From Bryobacteraceae bacterium (GTDB lineage: Bacteria > Acidobacteriota > Terriglobia > Bryobacterales > Bryobacteraceae): DNA of 64,000 nt. Below are positions 42,608 to 51,257 of this stretch, one piece after another. The notes beneath the pieces are model-generated. The model saw only the letters and a program-made list of their open reading frames with translations, had not been told where the DNA came from and did not search any database. The position numbers and the translations under genes are program-made. Position 1 is the first letter of the stretch, and the number at the start of each line of letters is the position of its first letter. The stretch spans positions 9,660 through 73,659 of the forward strand of contig DATJNW010000105.1 of the NCBI GenBank assembly GCA_035507655.1, read 5' to 3'.

Positions 42608-43690
42608 CTAAACCTGATGGAGCTTGACTACGGTGCGGTTGATATCTTTGAGCGTGGGCTTACCGGTCTGCGCCAAGTCCCGCGCCAGTTCCGTTTGCAG
42701 CATTTCTAAAACCTGTTGCGCGCCGTCCGGGCCGTAGGCTCCCAGTCCCCACGCGACCGGCCTTCCGATCATGACCGCCGTCGCGCCATACGCCAGCGCT
42801 TTGAAGATGTCGGAACCGCGCCGGAAATTTCCATCGATCAGAAGCGGCGCCTGGCCGGCCACGGCATCGGCAATCGAAGGCAGCATTTCGATCGACGAGG
42901 CCGTTCCAGGCGTCAGCAGTCCGCCGTAATTGGAAACCACGATGCCTTGCACGCCGCGTTTCACCGCCGCCCGGGCTTCTTCAGGCGTCATAATTCCTTT
43001 GATCAGGACCGGAACCTTGATCCCTTCTCGCAACCGGTCAATCACCTCCCAGTTGATCGCCGGACGCGCGATTTCGGCGAGCTTCGCCGGACCGGATTTC
43101 GCCTCGGCGCCGCGGAACGGCACGCCGGTGGTGAGGCAGATCGCTTTAACCCCGGCGTTCGCCGCTTGATCGATCTTCGCGCGCACCGCTGACAAATCGC
43201 CGTCAAGAAAAACCTGGTACCAGAGATTTTTCGACTCCGCCGCGATTTTCTCCAGCGGCATGCTCGATTCGCTGCTGACGACCATCCACGCCTTGGCCGC
43301 CGATGCGCCGCGTGCGACGCCAACTTCGCCCTCGGAATGATATCTCTGGAGCCGCGCCAGCGGCGCCACCATGATCGGCGCGAACATCGTTTCCCCGAAC
43401 AACGAAAGACTCAGATCCAGGTGTGTCGTGGGCACCATCATGTGCGGCCGGAACGTGATCCGGTTGAAAAACGAACGATCGCTGCCGGCAATCGTGGCAA
43501 AGACCGGCGGCGCGAGCGTCCGCCGGGCCATTTCCTCAAATTCGAGAACGTTGACCAAATCCGTGCGCGGCGCGATGCGGCCCGGCGCTTCCATCGACGA
43601 CGGCGGCTGATCCGCCATCAGCGGGGACGCGGCGGCCAGCGACCCGAAACCGGCCAGCGCTTTGCGTCGCGTGAAAGAAATCCTTCTCAT
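42608..43690 (-). CDS. Tat-signal FMN-dependent alpha-hydroxy-acid dehydrogenase homologue lacking the catalytic His/Arg
   Basis: The internal ATG at 43690 makes an ATGA overlap with the upstream gene. MRRISFTRRKALAGFGSLAAASPLMA is a twin-arginine signal. FMN-phosphate motif LLIDGNFRRGSD..IGRPVAWGL is present. The active-site motif reads SNYGGLL instead of SNHGGRQ. Confidence 0.8.
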   Translation of the reverse strand: MRRISFTRRKALAGFGSLAAASPLMADQPPSSMEAPGRIAPRTDLVNVLEFEEMARRTLAPPVFATIAGSDRSFFNRITFRPHMMVPTTHLDLSLSLFGETMFAPIMVAPLARLQRYHSEGEVGVARGASAAKAWMVVSSESSMPLEKIAAESKNLWYQVFLDGDLSAVRAKIDQAANAGVKAICLTTGVPFRGAEAKSGPAKLAEIARPAINWEVIDRLREGIKVPVLIKGIMTPEEARAAVKRGVQGIVVSNYGGLLTPGTASSIEMLPSIADAVAGQAPLLIDGNFRRGSDIFKALAYGATAVMIGRPVAWGLGAYGPDGAQQVLEMLQTELARDLAQTGKPTLKDINRTVVKLHQV

Positions 43691-44889
43691 ACAAAATTCG
43701 TCCTCACTAAACTTCGGTCGATGGAAGCGAGACTTGGCCTTCCCATCTGCGCCATGGCCATTACTAACTCCGCCTGAAGAATCTCGATCACCCGCTGCAC
43801 TCCCGCGGGTCCGTACGCGGCCAGCCCCCAGCGAACCGTCCGGCCCAGGCACACCGCCTTGGCGCCGAGCGCCAGAGCTTTCAAAATATCCGATCCGCTG
43901 CGGATCCCGCTGTCAAAAATAACCGGCACGCGCGCGGGAACCGCGTCGACGATCTCACTAAAAACCTCCAGCGTCGATGGATCATAGTCCAGCGAACGGC
44001 CGCCATGATTGGAAACATAGATCGAATCGCAGCCGTGATCCACAAACGCTTTGGCGTCTTCTCCGGTCAGTACGCCCTTGACCGAGATCGGAACTTTCAG
44101 CATCTTGCGCACCTCATCGACGTACTGCCAGTTGTACCAGAGGCGCGACGTCGAGATGCGATAAGGATTGCTCGAAGCGGCTGCGCCGCCGCGTCCGCCC
44201 CGTCCACCGCGCCCTCCGCGTCCAGCTCCGCCGAGCGGCCTCGCGTTGAGATGACGGTCACGCATCGACCGTTCGTAATAGCTCGACTGCTGATCGACGG
44301 TCATGACGATCGCCTTCGCCCCGGCCGCCAGAGCCCGATCGAGCAGCGCCTTGGTCTGATCCATGTCCTGCTGCGGATAAAGCTGCCACCAGATGGGGCT
44401 GGTCGCCGCCGCGGCAATCTGATCCACCGGAAAGGAAGCGTTGGCGCTGATGATCATCGGAGTATCGGAAGCCGCCGTCGCTCCGCGGTGGGTGGCCAGC
44501 TCGCCATCGGGATGCAATGCGCCGTGGCCCGCGCTGGGCGATACCATCATCGGGAATTTCATCGCCGTGCCCAGGACATCGGTCGAGGTCTGAATCGAAC
44601 TCACGTCCGCGATTTCGCGGGGAACCAGTTCGACCCAATCGAAAGCCTCGCGATTGCGCCGCAAAGTGAACTCACCTTCCGATCCGTAGGCTGTGTAAGT
44701 GTAGGTCTCACGCGGTAGCTTGGCGTAGGCGACCGCCTCGAAGTCGATCACCTTTTTAAGTTCGTCCATCCCCGGCACGCGCGAATTGTCACGATAGGGG
44801 TCCTGCTGAGATTTCAGAAGGGTCGCTCCCGCGAGGCCTGCTCCCAACCCTCCCAGCACCGCCCGCCGCGTCTCGCCTGTTTTTTTCAT
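43687..44889 (-). CDS. Tat-signal FMN-dependent alpha-hydroxy-acid dehydrogenase/oxidase (glycolate oxidase / L-lactate dehydrogenase / flavocytochrome b2 family)
   Basis: The ATG at 44889 gives MKKTGETRRAVLGGLGAGLAGATLL (twin-arginine signal). Contains AYGSEGEFTLRRNREAF, VKGV, VSNHGGRSLD, and DSGIRSGSDILKALALGAKAVCLGR. Confidence 0.85.
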   Translation of the reverse strand: MKKTGETRRAVLGGLGAGLAGATLLKSQQDPYRDNSRVPGMDELKKVIDFEAVAYAKLPRETYTYTAYGSEGEFTLRRNREAFDWVELVPREIADVSSIQTSTDVLGTAMKFPMMVSPSAGHGALHPDGELATHRGATAASDTPMIISANASFPVDQIAAAATSPIWWQLYPQQDMDQTKALLDRALAAGAKAIVMTVDQQSSYYERSMRDRHLNARPLGGAGRGGRGGRGGRGGAAASSNPYRISTSRLWYNWQYVDEVRKMLKVPISVKGVLTGEDAKAFVDHGCDSIYVSNHGGRSLDYDPSTLEVFSEIVDAVPARVPVIFDSGIRSGSDILKALALGAKAVCLGRTVRWGLAAYGPAGVQRVIEILQAELVMAMAQMGRPSLASIDRSLVRTNFV

Positions 44890-44900
44890 GTTTCTTTCCT

Positions 44901-45464
44901 CTATTGCGGATCGTGACAGTAGTCGCAACCCTGACTCGCATTATGTTGCCGATGACAGCTCACGCATCCCGCCATGGACAGATCCGTTTCCCGGAACAGG
45001 CGATCGCGCTCGGCGACATGCCCGTGACAATCCTCGCATTTGGCGCCGGCCTCGAGATGAGACTTATGGCTAAAAAATACAAAATCCGGCTCTTTGTAGA
45101 CCCGAACCCATGGGATTTCCTGTTTATTGCGGTCGAACTCCGCCAGCTTCTGAATCGCCGGACTGTCTTTCTTGATGGTTCGATGACAGGCCATGCACTT
45201 GGAGGTCGCCGGGAAGCTCATGGCATCGCCCGGATCGGGATTCGTGTGGCAATCCTTACAAACAAGACCGAGCGCCAGATGTTGCTTGTGACTATAAGGA
45301 ATCGGCTGCTCGGGTCCCTTGGGTTGGTCCGCAAAGCTCGAAATCGAGAAGACCACGAATGCCGCTGCAATCAGGCCTCGCTTCAATCTCTGCACGAAAA
45401 TCAAACCGGCGCATCGGCGGCCCGCAATGTTCAACTCTGAATATTTTGGCGCGATACTACACAT
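44901..45464 (-). CDS. pentaheme c-type cytochrome (cytochrome c3/c7-like), N-terminal anchor or signal
   Basis: Five CXXCH motifs (CKDCH, CMACH, CEDCH, CVSCH, CDYCH), two of them preceded by SHKxH. Hydrophobic segment LIAAAFVVFSISSFA. The start is ambiguous: ATG at 45464 or in-frame GTG at 45395. Confidence 0.8.
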   Translation of the reverse strand: MCSIAPKYSELNIAGRRCAGLIFVQRLKRGLIAAAFVVFSISSFADQPKGPEQPIPYSHKQHLALGLVCKDCHTNPDPGDAMSFPATSKCMACHRTIKKDSPAIQKLAEFDRNKQEIPWVRVYKEPDFVFFSHKSHLEAGAKCEDCHGHVAERDRLFRETDLSMAGCVSCHRQHNASQGCDYCHDPQ

Positions 45465-45883
45465 CTGCAACCCCGCATTGAGCGGCGGGCTCCGCCGCTC
45501 TGACGGCGTGCCTCCCACAAAAGAAAATCAACATCGCTGCCAAGGCTATTCACCCCGAATATAACCGAAGGTGAACTACGGCCTCCAGCATATCATGCCG
45601 TGGTCCGGTAGATTGTTGCATTTTGTGCGCCCCAAAAAAAGTATCCATTCCGCTCAAAACGGCGGAAATGTCAAGCAGTTCTGGGTTCGCTGTCTTCGGT
45701 TTTGTGGCCGTTCGGGAGACTACTGCTTTTTAAGTCGCAGATGATTACTCCAGCGGAAACACCTCGTAAATGGTTGCGATTTCCGAGGCGCCTGGTGTAG
45801 GCTCAAACGGTGACGAGCAGTCACGCTTAAAATGTCCGGCTGACGCCTGTGCCGGGGCGTCGGCGCGCCGCCTCTCATTTGCG

Positions 45884-48157
45884 ATGTGGAAGTCCTGGTT
45901 ACTGATCGTATCGGATCAAGAGTTGAACCGCAACGCCGCTCTGCTGGTGAGCGCAATGCTGCTGAGCGCGATTGTCTTATCCGCGCCCGCGCCGCCGCAG
46001 GTCGATTCCGGCTACGTCGATTCCACGGCCTGCGCGGCCTGCCATGCCGAAATTTTTAACTCCTACCGCCTCACGGGAATGGGAAGGTCTCTGTACCGGC
46101 CTTCTCCTCAGAACATGGGAGAGGACTTCGCGACGCACAACACGCTTTACAATCACGCCTCGGATCGCTACTACACCCTGATCGAACGCGGCGGAAAATG
46201 GTACCAGCGCCGCCATCAGATCGGATTTGACGGCCGGGAAACGAACGTCGTAGAAAAACGAATCGATTATGTCATTGGTTCCGGTAACCATGTCCGCACT
46301 TACCTGACTCGGACGGCGCAAGGCACGCTCGTCGAGTTGCCGGTGAGTTGGTACGCCGAGAACGGAGGATTTTGGGCAATGAGCCCGGGATATGATCGCC
46401 CCGGCCAAGAGGATTTCCGGCGCACCATCATCGCCCGCTGTCTCGCCTGCCACACTGGTTATCCAGCGCCAGGACAAACCTCAAACCTGGCGACCAATGA
46501 GCCGCGCTTCGGCGACAACATCCCCGAAGGGATCGATTGCCAGCGCTGCCATGGACCGGGCCGCGCGCACATCGCAGCAGCGGCATCCGGCCACGCCACG
46601 CCCGCCGCGATTCGCGCCGCAATCGTCAACCCCTCCCGGCTAAGCCGCGAACGCCAACTCGATGTCTGTATGCAATGTCATCTCGAAACCACGCATTTTT
46701 CCCTGCCAGGCGAGATTCTTCGTGATCCGCAGCAGCCTTTTTCTTACCGGCCTGGGGAACCACTCGGCGACTCCATTCTGTTTTTCGATCACGCGCCGGG
46801 CGCCGGTCACGACGACAAATTCGAGATCGCGCACGCCGCCTACCGTCTGCGCAAGTCGGCGTGCTTTCGCGCCAGCCAGATGACCTGCACGACTTGTCAC
46901 AATCCGCATACGGTTGTGTCTCCCGAACAGGCCGCAACGCATTACACCGCGGTGTGCCGTAGCTGTCACTCATCGGCCCACGAATCAAAAATGCCTGCCG
47001 GAGCGGCCTCCTGCATCGCCTGTCACATGCCGCGGCGCCGGGCGGAGGATGTGGTGCACGCGGTCATGACGGACCACTATATTCAACGACGCCCGCCCGC
47101 GCGGGACCTGTTGAAACCGCTTGAGGAATCGGCAATCGAAAAGCAAAGCAATTATCAGGGCGAAGTGGTTCCGTATTATCCGGCGCCCTTTCCCCAGACG
47201 CCCGCCGCCCGGCTTTATACTGATGTCGCGCAGGTCCTCGACGGCGCGAATCTGGGCTCAGGCGTGGCGCGGCTGGAACGGGACCTGGAGCAGTTCAAAC
47301 CCACCCGGCCAGAGTTTTACGTCGCGCTTGGCGACGCTTACGTGAAAACGAATCATTACGCGCAGGCGATTCACTGGTTCAATCAGGCGCTCGGCTTCGA
47401 ACCTGGCTTTCGGCCGGCGCTTGAGGAACTGGGTGGCGCGCTGATCGCCGCCGGACGGCTGGAACAAGCCGCCGAAGTACTCGAAAAAGCGACCGCCCCG
47501 CCTTTGCCGAATACGTCGGCTCTGACCGATCTCGGGGGAGTGTATTTTCTGCAAGGCAATCTGGAGCGAGCAACCGCAGTGCTGCAACAAGCATTGGCGA
47601 TCAATCCGGATTTGCCGAAAGCTCGCCGTTCGCTGGCATTGGTATTCATCCGCAAGGGCGATTGGACCGGTGCGGAACAGCAACTGCGCGCTGCAATCTC
47701 GGCGCAGCCGGATTTCGCCGAGGCTCACGATTCGCTCGGGAATGTGCTCGCGCGGAGTTCGCAATATGCGGAAGCGCGATACCATTTCCAGAAGGCGATC
47801 GCAATCAAATCCGATTACGCGGCCGCGCACCACGATTATGGACTGCTTCTCTTGCGAATGGGTTCGCCGAGCGAAGCTGTGAACGAGCTACAGACGGCCG
47901 TCCGCCTGGATCTAAAATCCGCCCGCAGTTTTATGGATTTAGGAATCGCCCTGGCCGCCAGCGGACGCCTCGCCGATGCGGTTGACGCGTACGGAAACGC
48001 CATTCGCCTTGATGCTGATTTCTACCAGGCTCATTTTGCCCTCGGGCAGGTCCTGTTGCGTCAGGGCGATTTAGTGGGCGCGCGGGCGCACTTTGAAAAG
48101 GCAGCCCAAAGCCCCGATCCGAGGATGCGCGAGGCTGCCCGGAACTTGCTTCGCTAA
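45884..48157 (+). CDS. heptaheme c-type cytochrome fused to TPR repeats, paralog 2
   Basis: Seven CXXCH motifs (CAACH, CLACH, CQRCH, CMQCH, CTTCH, CRSCH, CIACH). Long identical runs with 39196-41484, e.g. VELPVSWYAENGG, IPEGIDCQRCHGPGRAH and DDKFEI. I chose the ATG at 45884. Confidence 0.85.
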   Translation: MWKSWLLIVSDQELNRNAALLVSAMLLSAIVLSAPAPPQVDSGYVDSTACAACHAEIFNSYRLTGMGRSLYRPSPQNMGEDFATHNTLYNHASDRYYTLIERGGKWYQRRHQIGFDGRETNVVEKRIDYVIGSGNHVRTYLTRTAQGTLVELPVSWYAENGGFWAMSPGYDRPGQEDFRRTIIARCLACHTGYPAPGQTSNLATNEPRFGDNIPEGIDCQRCHGPGRAHIAAAASGHATPAAIRAAIVNPSRLSRERQLDVCMQCHLETTHFSLPGEILRDPQQPFSYRPGEPLGDSILFFDHAPGAGHDDKFEIAHAAYRLRKSACFRASQMTCTTCHNPHTVVSPEQAATHYTAVCRSCHSSAHESKMPAGAASCIACHMPRRRAEDVVHAVMTDHYIQRRPPARDLLKPLEESAIEKQSNYQGEVVPYYPAPFPQTPAARLYTDVAQVLDGANLGSGVARLERDLEQFKPTRPEFYVALGDAYVKTNHYAQAIHWFNQALGFEPGFRPALEELGGALIAAGRLEQAAEVLEKATAPPLPNTSALTDLGGVYFLQGNLERATAVLQQALAINPDLPKARRSLALVFIRKGDWTGAEQQLRAAISAQPDFAEAHDSLGNVLARSSQYAEARYHFQKAIAIKSDYAAAHHDYGLLLLRMGSPSEAVNELQTAVRLDLKSARSFMDLGIALAASGRLADAVDAYGNAIRLDADFYQAHFALGQVLLRQGDLVGARAHFEKAAQSPDPRMREAARNLLR

Positions 48158-48240
48158 CGCCGCGCACAAATTGCTACAACTTTTGAGCGGCGGCCATATT
48201 ATACTGTGCGAGCGAGCGTGGAACGACGCGCGTGTAAGGA

Positions 48241-49278
48241 ATGGAGCTGATGATGAAACCCAGGTTGATCGTTTCCTTTGCGGCCGTTCTAATGGCAACC
48301 TTCTGGATTTATTCTTCTCGAACGGCTTCGGCGCAACAGTCCGAGGCGGTATCGAATCACAACGCGACCCGGCAAGACTTCGATCATTTGATGAAAGAGC
48401 TCTCCAATTGGGGCCGATGGGGCAAACAGGATCAAATGGGCGCGGTGAATCTCATCACGCCGGCGAAACGGAAACAAGCCCTCGCCGAGGTGAAGGAAGG
48501 TTTTTCCGTCTCGATGGCGCGCACCGCGGAGATGGAGCCGGCCATCGACAATCCCCGGCCGATTGTCCACGAAATGCAAAAAGGACGGGGGGGCGCCAAG
48601 AAAGCGCCGAGCGACATCGGCGCCGCTTCCGACACGTTTTTCATTGCCTATCACGGATTCGTGCACACGCACATGGATGCGTTCTGCCACCGAACGTACA
48701 AGGGCCAGATGTACAACGGATTCCCGAGCAGCGAGATCACCGACAAGGGCTGCGATGCTGGTTCGATCTTTGCTTTCAAGAATGGAATCATTACGCGCGG
48801 CGTTCTCATGGACATTCCGCGTTTAAAGGGAGTGGATTATCTCGAGCCCGGCACGCGCATTTATCCCGAGGATCTGGATGCCTGGGCGAAAGAAGCTCAC
48901 CTCAAGATCTTGCCGGGTGATGCAGTGCTCATTCGCACGGGGCGGTGGGCGCGTCGCGATGCCAAGGGACCCTGGAACGCGTCGCAACTCGCGGGGCTGT
49001 ACATGACCTGCGCCAAGTGGCTGCACCAGCATGACGCGGCGATTCTCGGCAGTGACGCGGCGGAGGACGTTCACCCGTCGGGTATCGAAGGGATCGCCGA
49101 ACCGATTCACGCGTTGGTGCTCATTGCCATGGGCATGCCGATTTTCGACAATTTGGATCTGGAAGCGGTCAGCAAGGAAGCGGCCCAGCGGAAACGTTGG
49201 GATTTCCTGGTTACCGCCTCTCCGGCGGCGGTTCCCGGCGCCACCGGATCCGTTTTGAATCCCATCGCTACCTTCTGA
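48241..49278 (+). CDS. exported cyclase-family (kynurenine-formamidase-like) metallohydrolase
   Basis: 345 aa with a signal peptide. YHGFVHTHMDAFCH resembles the HxGTHxDxPxH cyclase motif. Also contains GVLMDIPRLKG and PGDAVLIRTG. The start may be 48250 or 48253. Confidence 0.7.
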   Translation: MELMMKPRLIVSFAAVLMATFWIYSSRTASAQQSEAVSNHNATRQDFDHLMKELSNWGRWGKQDQMGAVNLITPAKRKQALAEVKEGFSVSMARTAEMEPAIDNPRPIVHEMQKGRGGAKKAPSDIGAASDTFFIAYHGFVHTHMDAFCHRTYKGQMYNGFPSSEITDKGCDAGSIFAFKNGIITRGVLMDIPRLKGVDYLEPGTRIYPEDLDAWAKEAHLKILPGDAVLIRTGRWARRDAKGPWNASQLAGLYMTCAKWLHQHDAAILGSDAAEDVHPSGIEGIAEPIHALVLIAMGMPIFDNLDLEAVSKEAAQRKRWDFLVTASPAAVPGATGSVLNPIATF

Positions 49279-49621
49279 CCTGCGCCATTACCTGATTTGG
49301 CCGATTTCTCTTGAGACGGGATTCGACGTTGTTGCGAGAAAGTTTGAGAATGGCGCGTACCCCTCCTGAAGGAACACTGCCCCGTGGAAGCGTTTCCCCG
49401 CATTCAGAGCCCGAATGGCGCGCGAAATGCTTCGCCAAGACTGCTCTATTTCTCGAATGGCGCCGCGGACTCTGAAAAAAATTCACCGTCGCGCTTTCGA
49501 TCCGCCAAATTTTCCCAGTGTAAGTGTCAGAGGTTTGCCGACGCATCATTCACGAATCCTGTGAATTGTTGAATTGGACGGCCACTTGCTCCGTTCCCAG
49601 ATGCAGGAGGGCAGACAATCC

Positions 49622-51235
49622 GTGAAACATTTCGCCATAATGCCGGGGTTCCTCGTCTTCGCGAGTCTAGCTGTGGCCCAGATTCCGAATCCTACGCAGA
49701 CGCAGCCCCCGCCTCCACCGGAGAACGCGAGCCAGCCTGCGCCAATCTTCCAGGTGACGGTGGTCTCTCGAACCACGAAGGCGATCAACTATCATCACCG
49801 CACCGGCACCACCCACATCGGGTTTCGCGGCACGGCGCTGATGCCGCCGGCGCGCGGAGAAGCGAGCGTCGAAAGCCAGCTCGGATCGACGAAAATCCAG
49901 ACGCATCTGGATCACATGACCCCCGCAAATCAGTTCGGGCCGGAGTACATGACTTACGTCCTTTGGGCCATTACACCGGAGGGTCGCGCCAACAATCTCG
50001 GCGAAGTGGTGCTCCAGGGCGATCACGCCAATCTGCTCTCGACCACGGACCTGCAAAGCTTCGGACTGATCGTGACGGCCGAGCCGTATTTCGCGGTGAC
50101 ACAGCCGAGCGATGTAGTGGTCGCGGAAAATTTTGTTCGTAGCGACACCACCGGCACCATCGAACAGGTGGACGCGAAATATGAACTCCTTGAGCGCGGC
50201 ACGTACGTGATGAATCATGGCGAATATCGCCCGGTGGAGGTGAATCCGAAGGGTCCGCTGCAATTGGCGGAGGCCGAGAATGCCGTACAGATTGCGCGCC
50301 TGGCGGGAGCGGATCGCTACGCCGCCGACACTTTCCAGAAAGCGATGATCGATCTAGAGAATGCCGAAGGCTTCCTGAATCATCATCACGATCGCAAGCA
50401 ATCAGAGACCAATGCGCGTGAGGCGGCGCAGATGGCCGAGGACGCTCGCGTGATCACGATTCGCAAGATTCGCGACCAGCAATTAGCGAATGAACGCGCG
50501 GCCGACGCTGCCAGGGCGCAGGCTGCAGCCGAGCAGGCTCAGCTCGATCAGCGGCGCCGGGCACAAGCCGAAGCCGATCGTCTTGCCGCGGAAGAGGCCG
50601 AGCGCCAGGCGGACCAGGCGGCTGCGCGAGCCGTTCGCGAACGAGCGGCAGCGGACGCGGCTCGCCTCGCGGCGATCGAACAGCAGAAGATCCTCGAGAC
50701 GCAGGCCGAACAGGCTCGCTTGAGCGCGCAGGAAGCGGAGCGCGCGCGGCAGGCGGCTGAACAGCAGCGCCAACAGGCGGAGTCGGAAAAAATCCAGCTT
50801 CGCGAACGTCTGCGGCAGCAGTTGAGCGCGATTCTGCAAACTCAGGAAACCGCGCGCGGCCTCATCGTGAACATCTCGGATGTGCTGTTCGATTTCAATC
50901 AGTACACCTTGAAACCGGGCGCTCGGGAGAAACTGGCGAAGGTTTCGGGAATCCTGCTTGCTTATCCGGGCCTGCAAATTCGCCTTGAAGGCTATACCGA
51001 CAACATTGGCAGCGACGAATACAATCTGAAGCTTTCCGAGGAGCGCGCCAGCGCGGTTCGCGATTATCTGGTCGCCCAGGGAGTTCCCAGTTCGACCGTG
51101 AGCGCCGTCGGACTGGGCAAAGCGGATCCCGTGGCGTCGAACGATAACCAGGCCGGCCGGCAACAGAATCGGCGAGTGGACATGGTGGTCACCGGCGCGC
51201 CGATCGGCATCGGCGATTTGAGCGGGGACCGTTAA
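49622..51235 (+). CDS. OmpA-family protein with a DUF4398-like segment and a long Ala/Glu/Gln/Arg coiled coil
   Basis: GTG at 49622 after an AGGAGGG RBS gives the signal peptide MKHFAIMPGFLVFASLAVAQ. C-terminal region LEGYTDNIGSDEYNLKLSEERASAVRDYL..NRRVDMVV. Confidence 0.85.
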   Translation: MKHFAIMPGFLVFASLAVAQIPNPTQTQPPPPPENASQPAPIFQVTVVSRTTKAINYHHRTGTTHIGFRGTALMPPARGEASVESQLGSTKIQTHLDHMTPANQFGPEYMTYVLWAITPEGRANNLGEVVLQGDHANLLSTTDLQSFGLIVTAEPYFAVTQPSDVVVAENFVRSDTTGTIEQVDAKYELLERGTYVMNHGEYRPVEVNPKGPLQLAEAENAVQIARLAGADRYAADTFQKAMIDLENAEGFLNHHHDRKQSETNAREAAQMAEDARVITIRKIRDQQLANERAADAARAQAAAEQAQLDQRRRAQAEADRLAAEEAERQADQAAARAVRERAAADAARLAAIEQQKILETQAEQARLSAQEAERARQAAEQQRQQAESEKIQLRERLRQQLSAILQTQETARGLIVNISDVLFDFNQYTLKPGAREKLAKVSGILLAYPGLQIRLEGYTDNIGSDEYNLKLSEERASAVRDYLVAQGVPSSTVSAVGLGKADPVASNDNQAGRQQNRRVDMVVTGAPIGIGDLSGDR

Positions 51236-51257
51236 TCGATTTTTTAAAGAGGGAAAC

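Noticed and set aside
42608-43852. The long N-terminal extensions offered by the ORF track for the two FMN dehydrogenases (starts at 43852 and 44928) and for fliP, fliO, fliA, flgD and the fliN-like gene.
   Set aside because: The extensions overlap the preceding genes and have non-protein-like composition. The internal ATGs create ATGA or short-gap junctions and expose canonical N-termini (Tat signals, the FliP signal peptide, and so on).
44165-44245. Short GC-rich tandem repeat, considered as a possible CRISPR or VNTR locus.
   Set aside because: It is an in-frame (GGR)n coding repeat inside a conserved enzyme gene. No spacer-repeat architecture exists here or anywhere else in the window.
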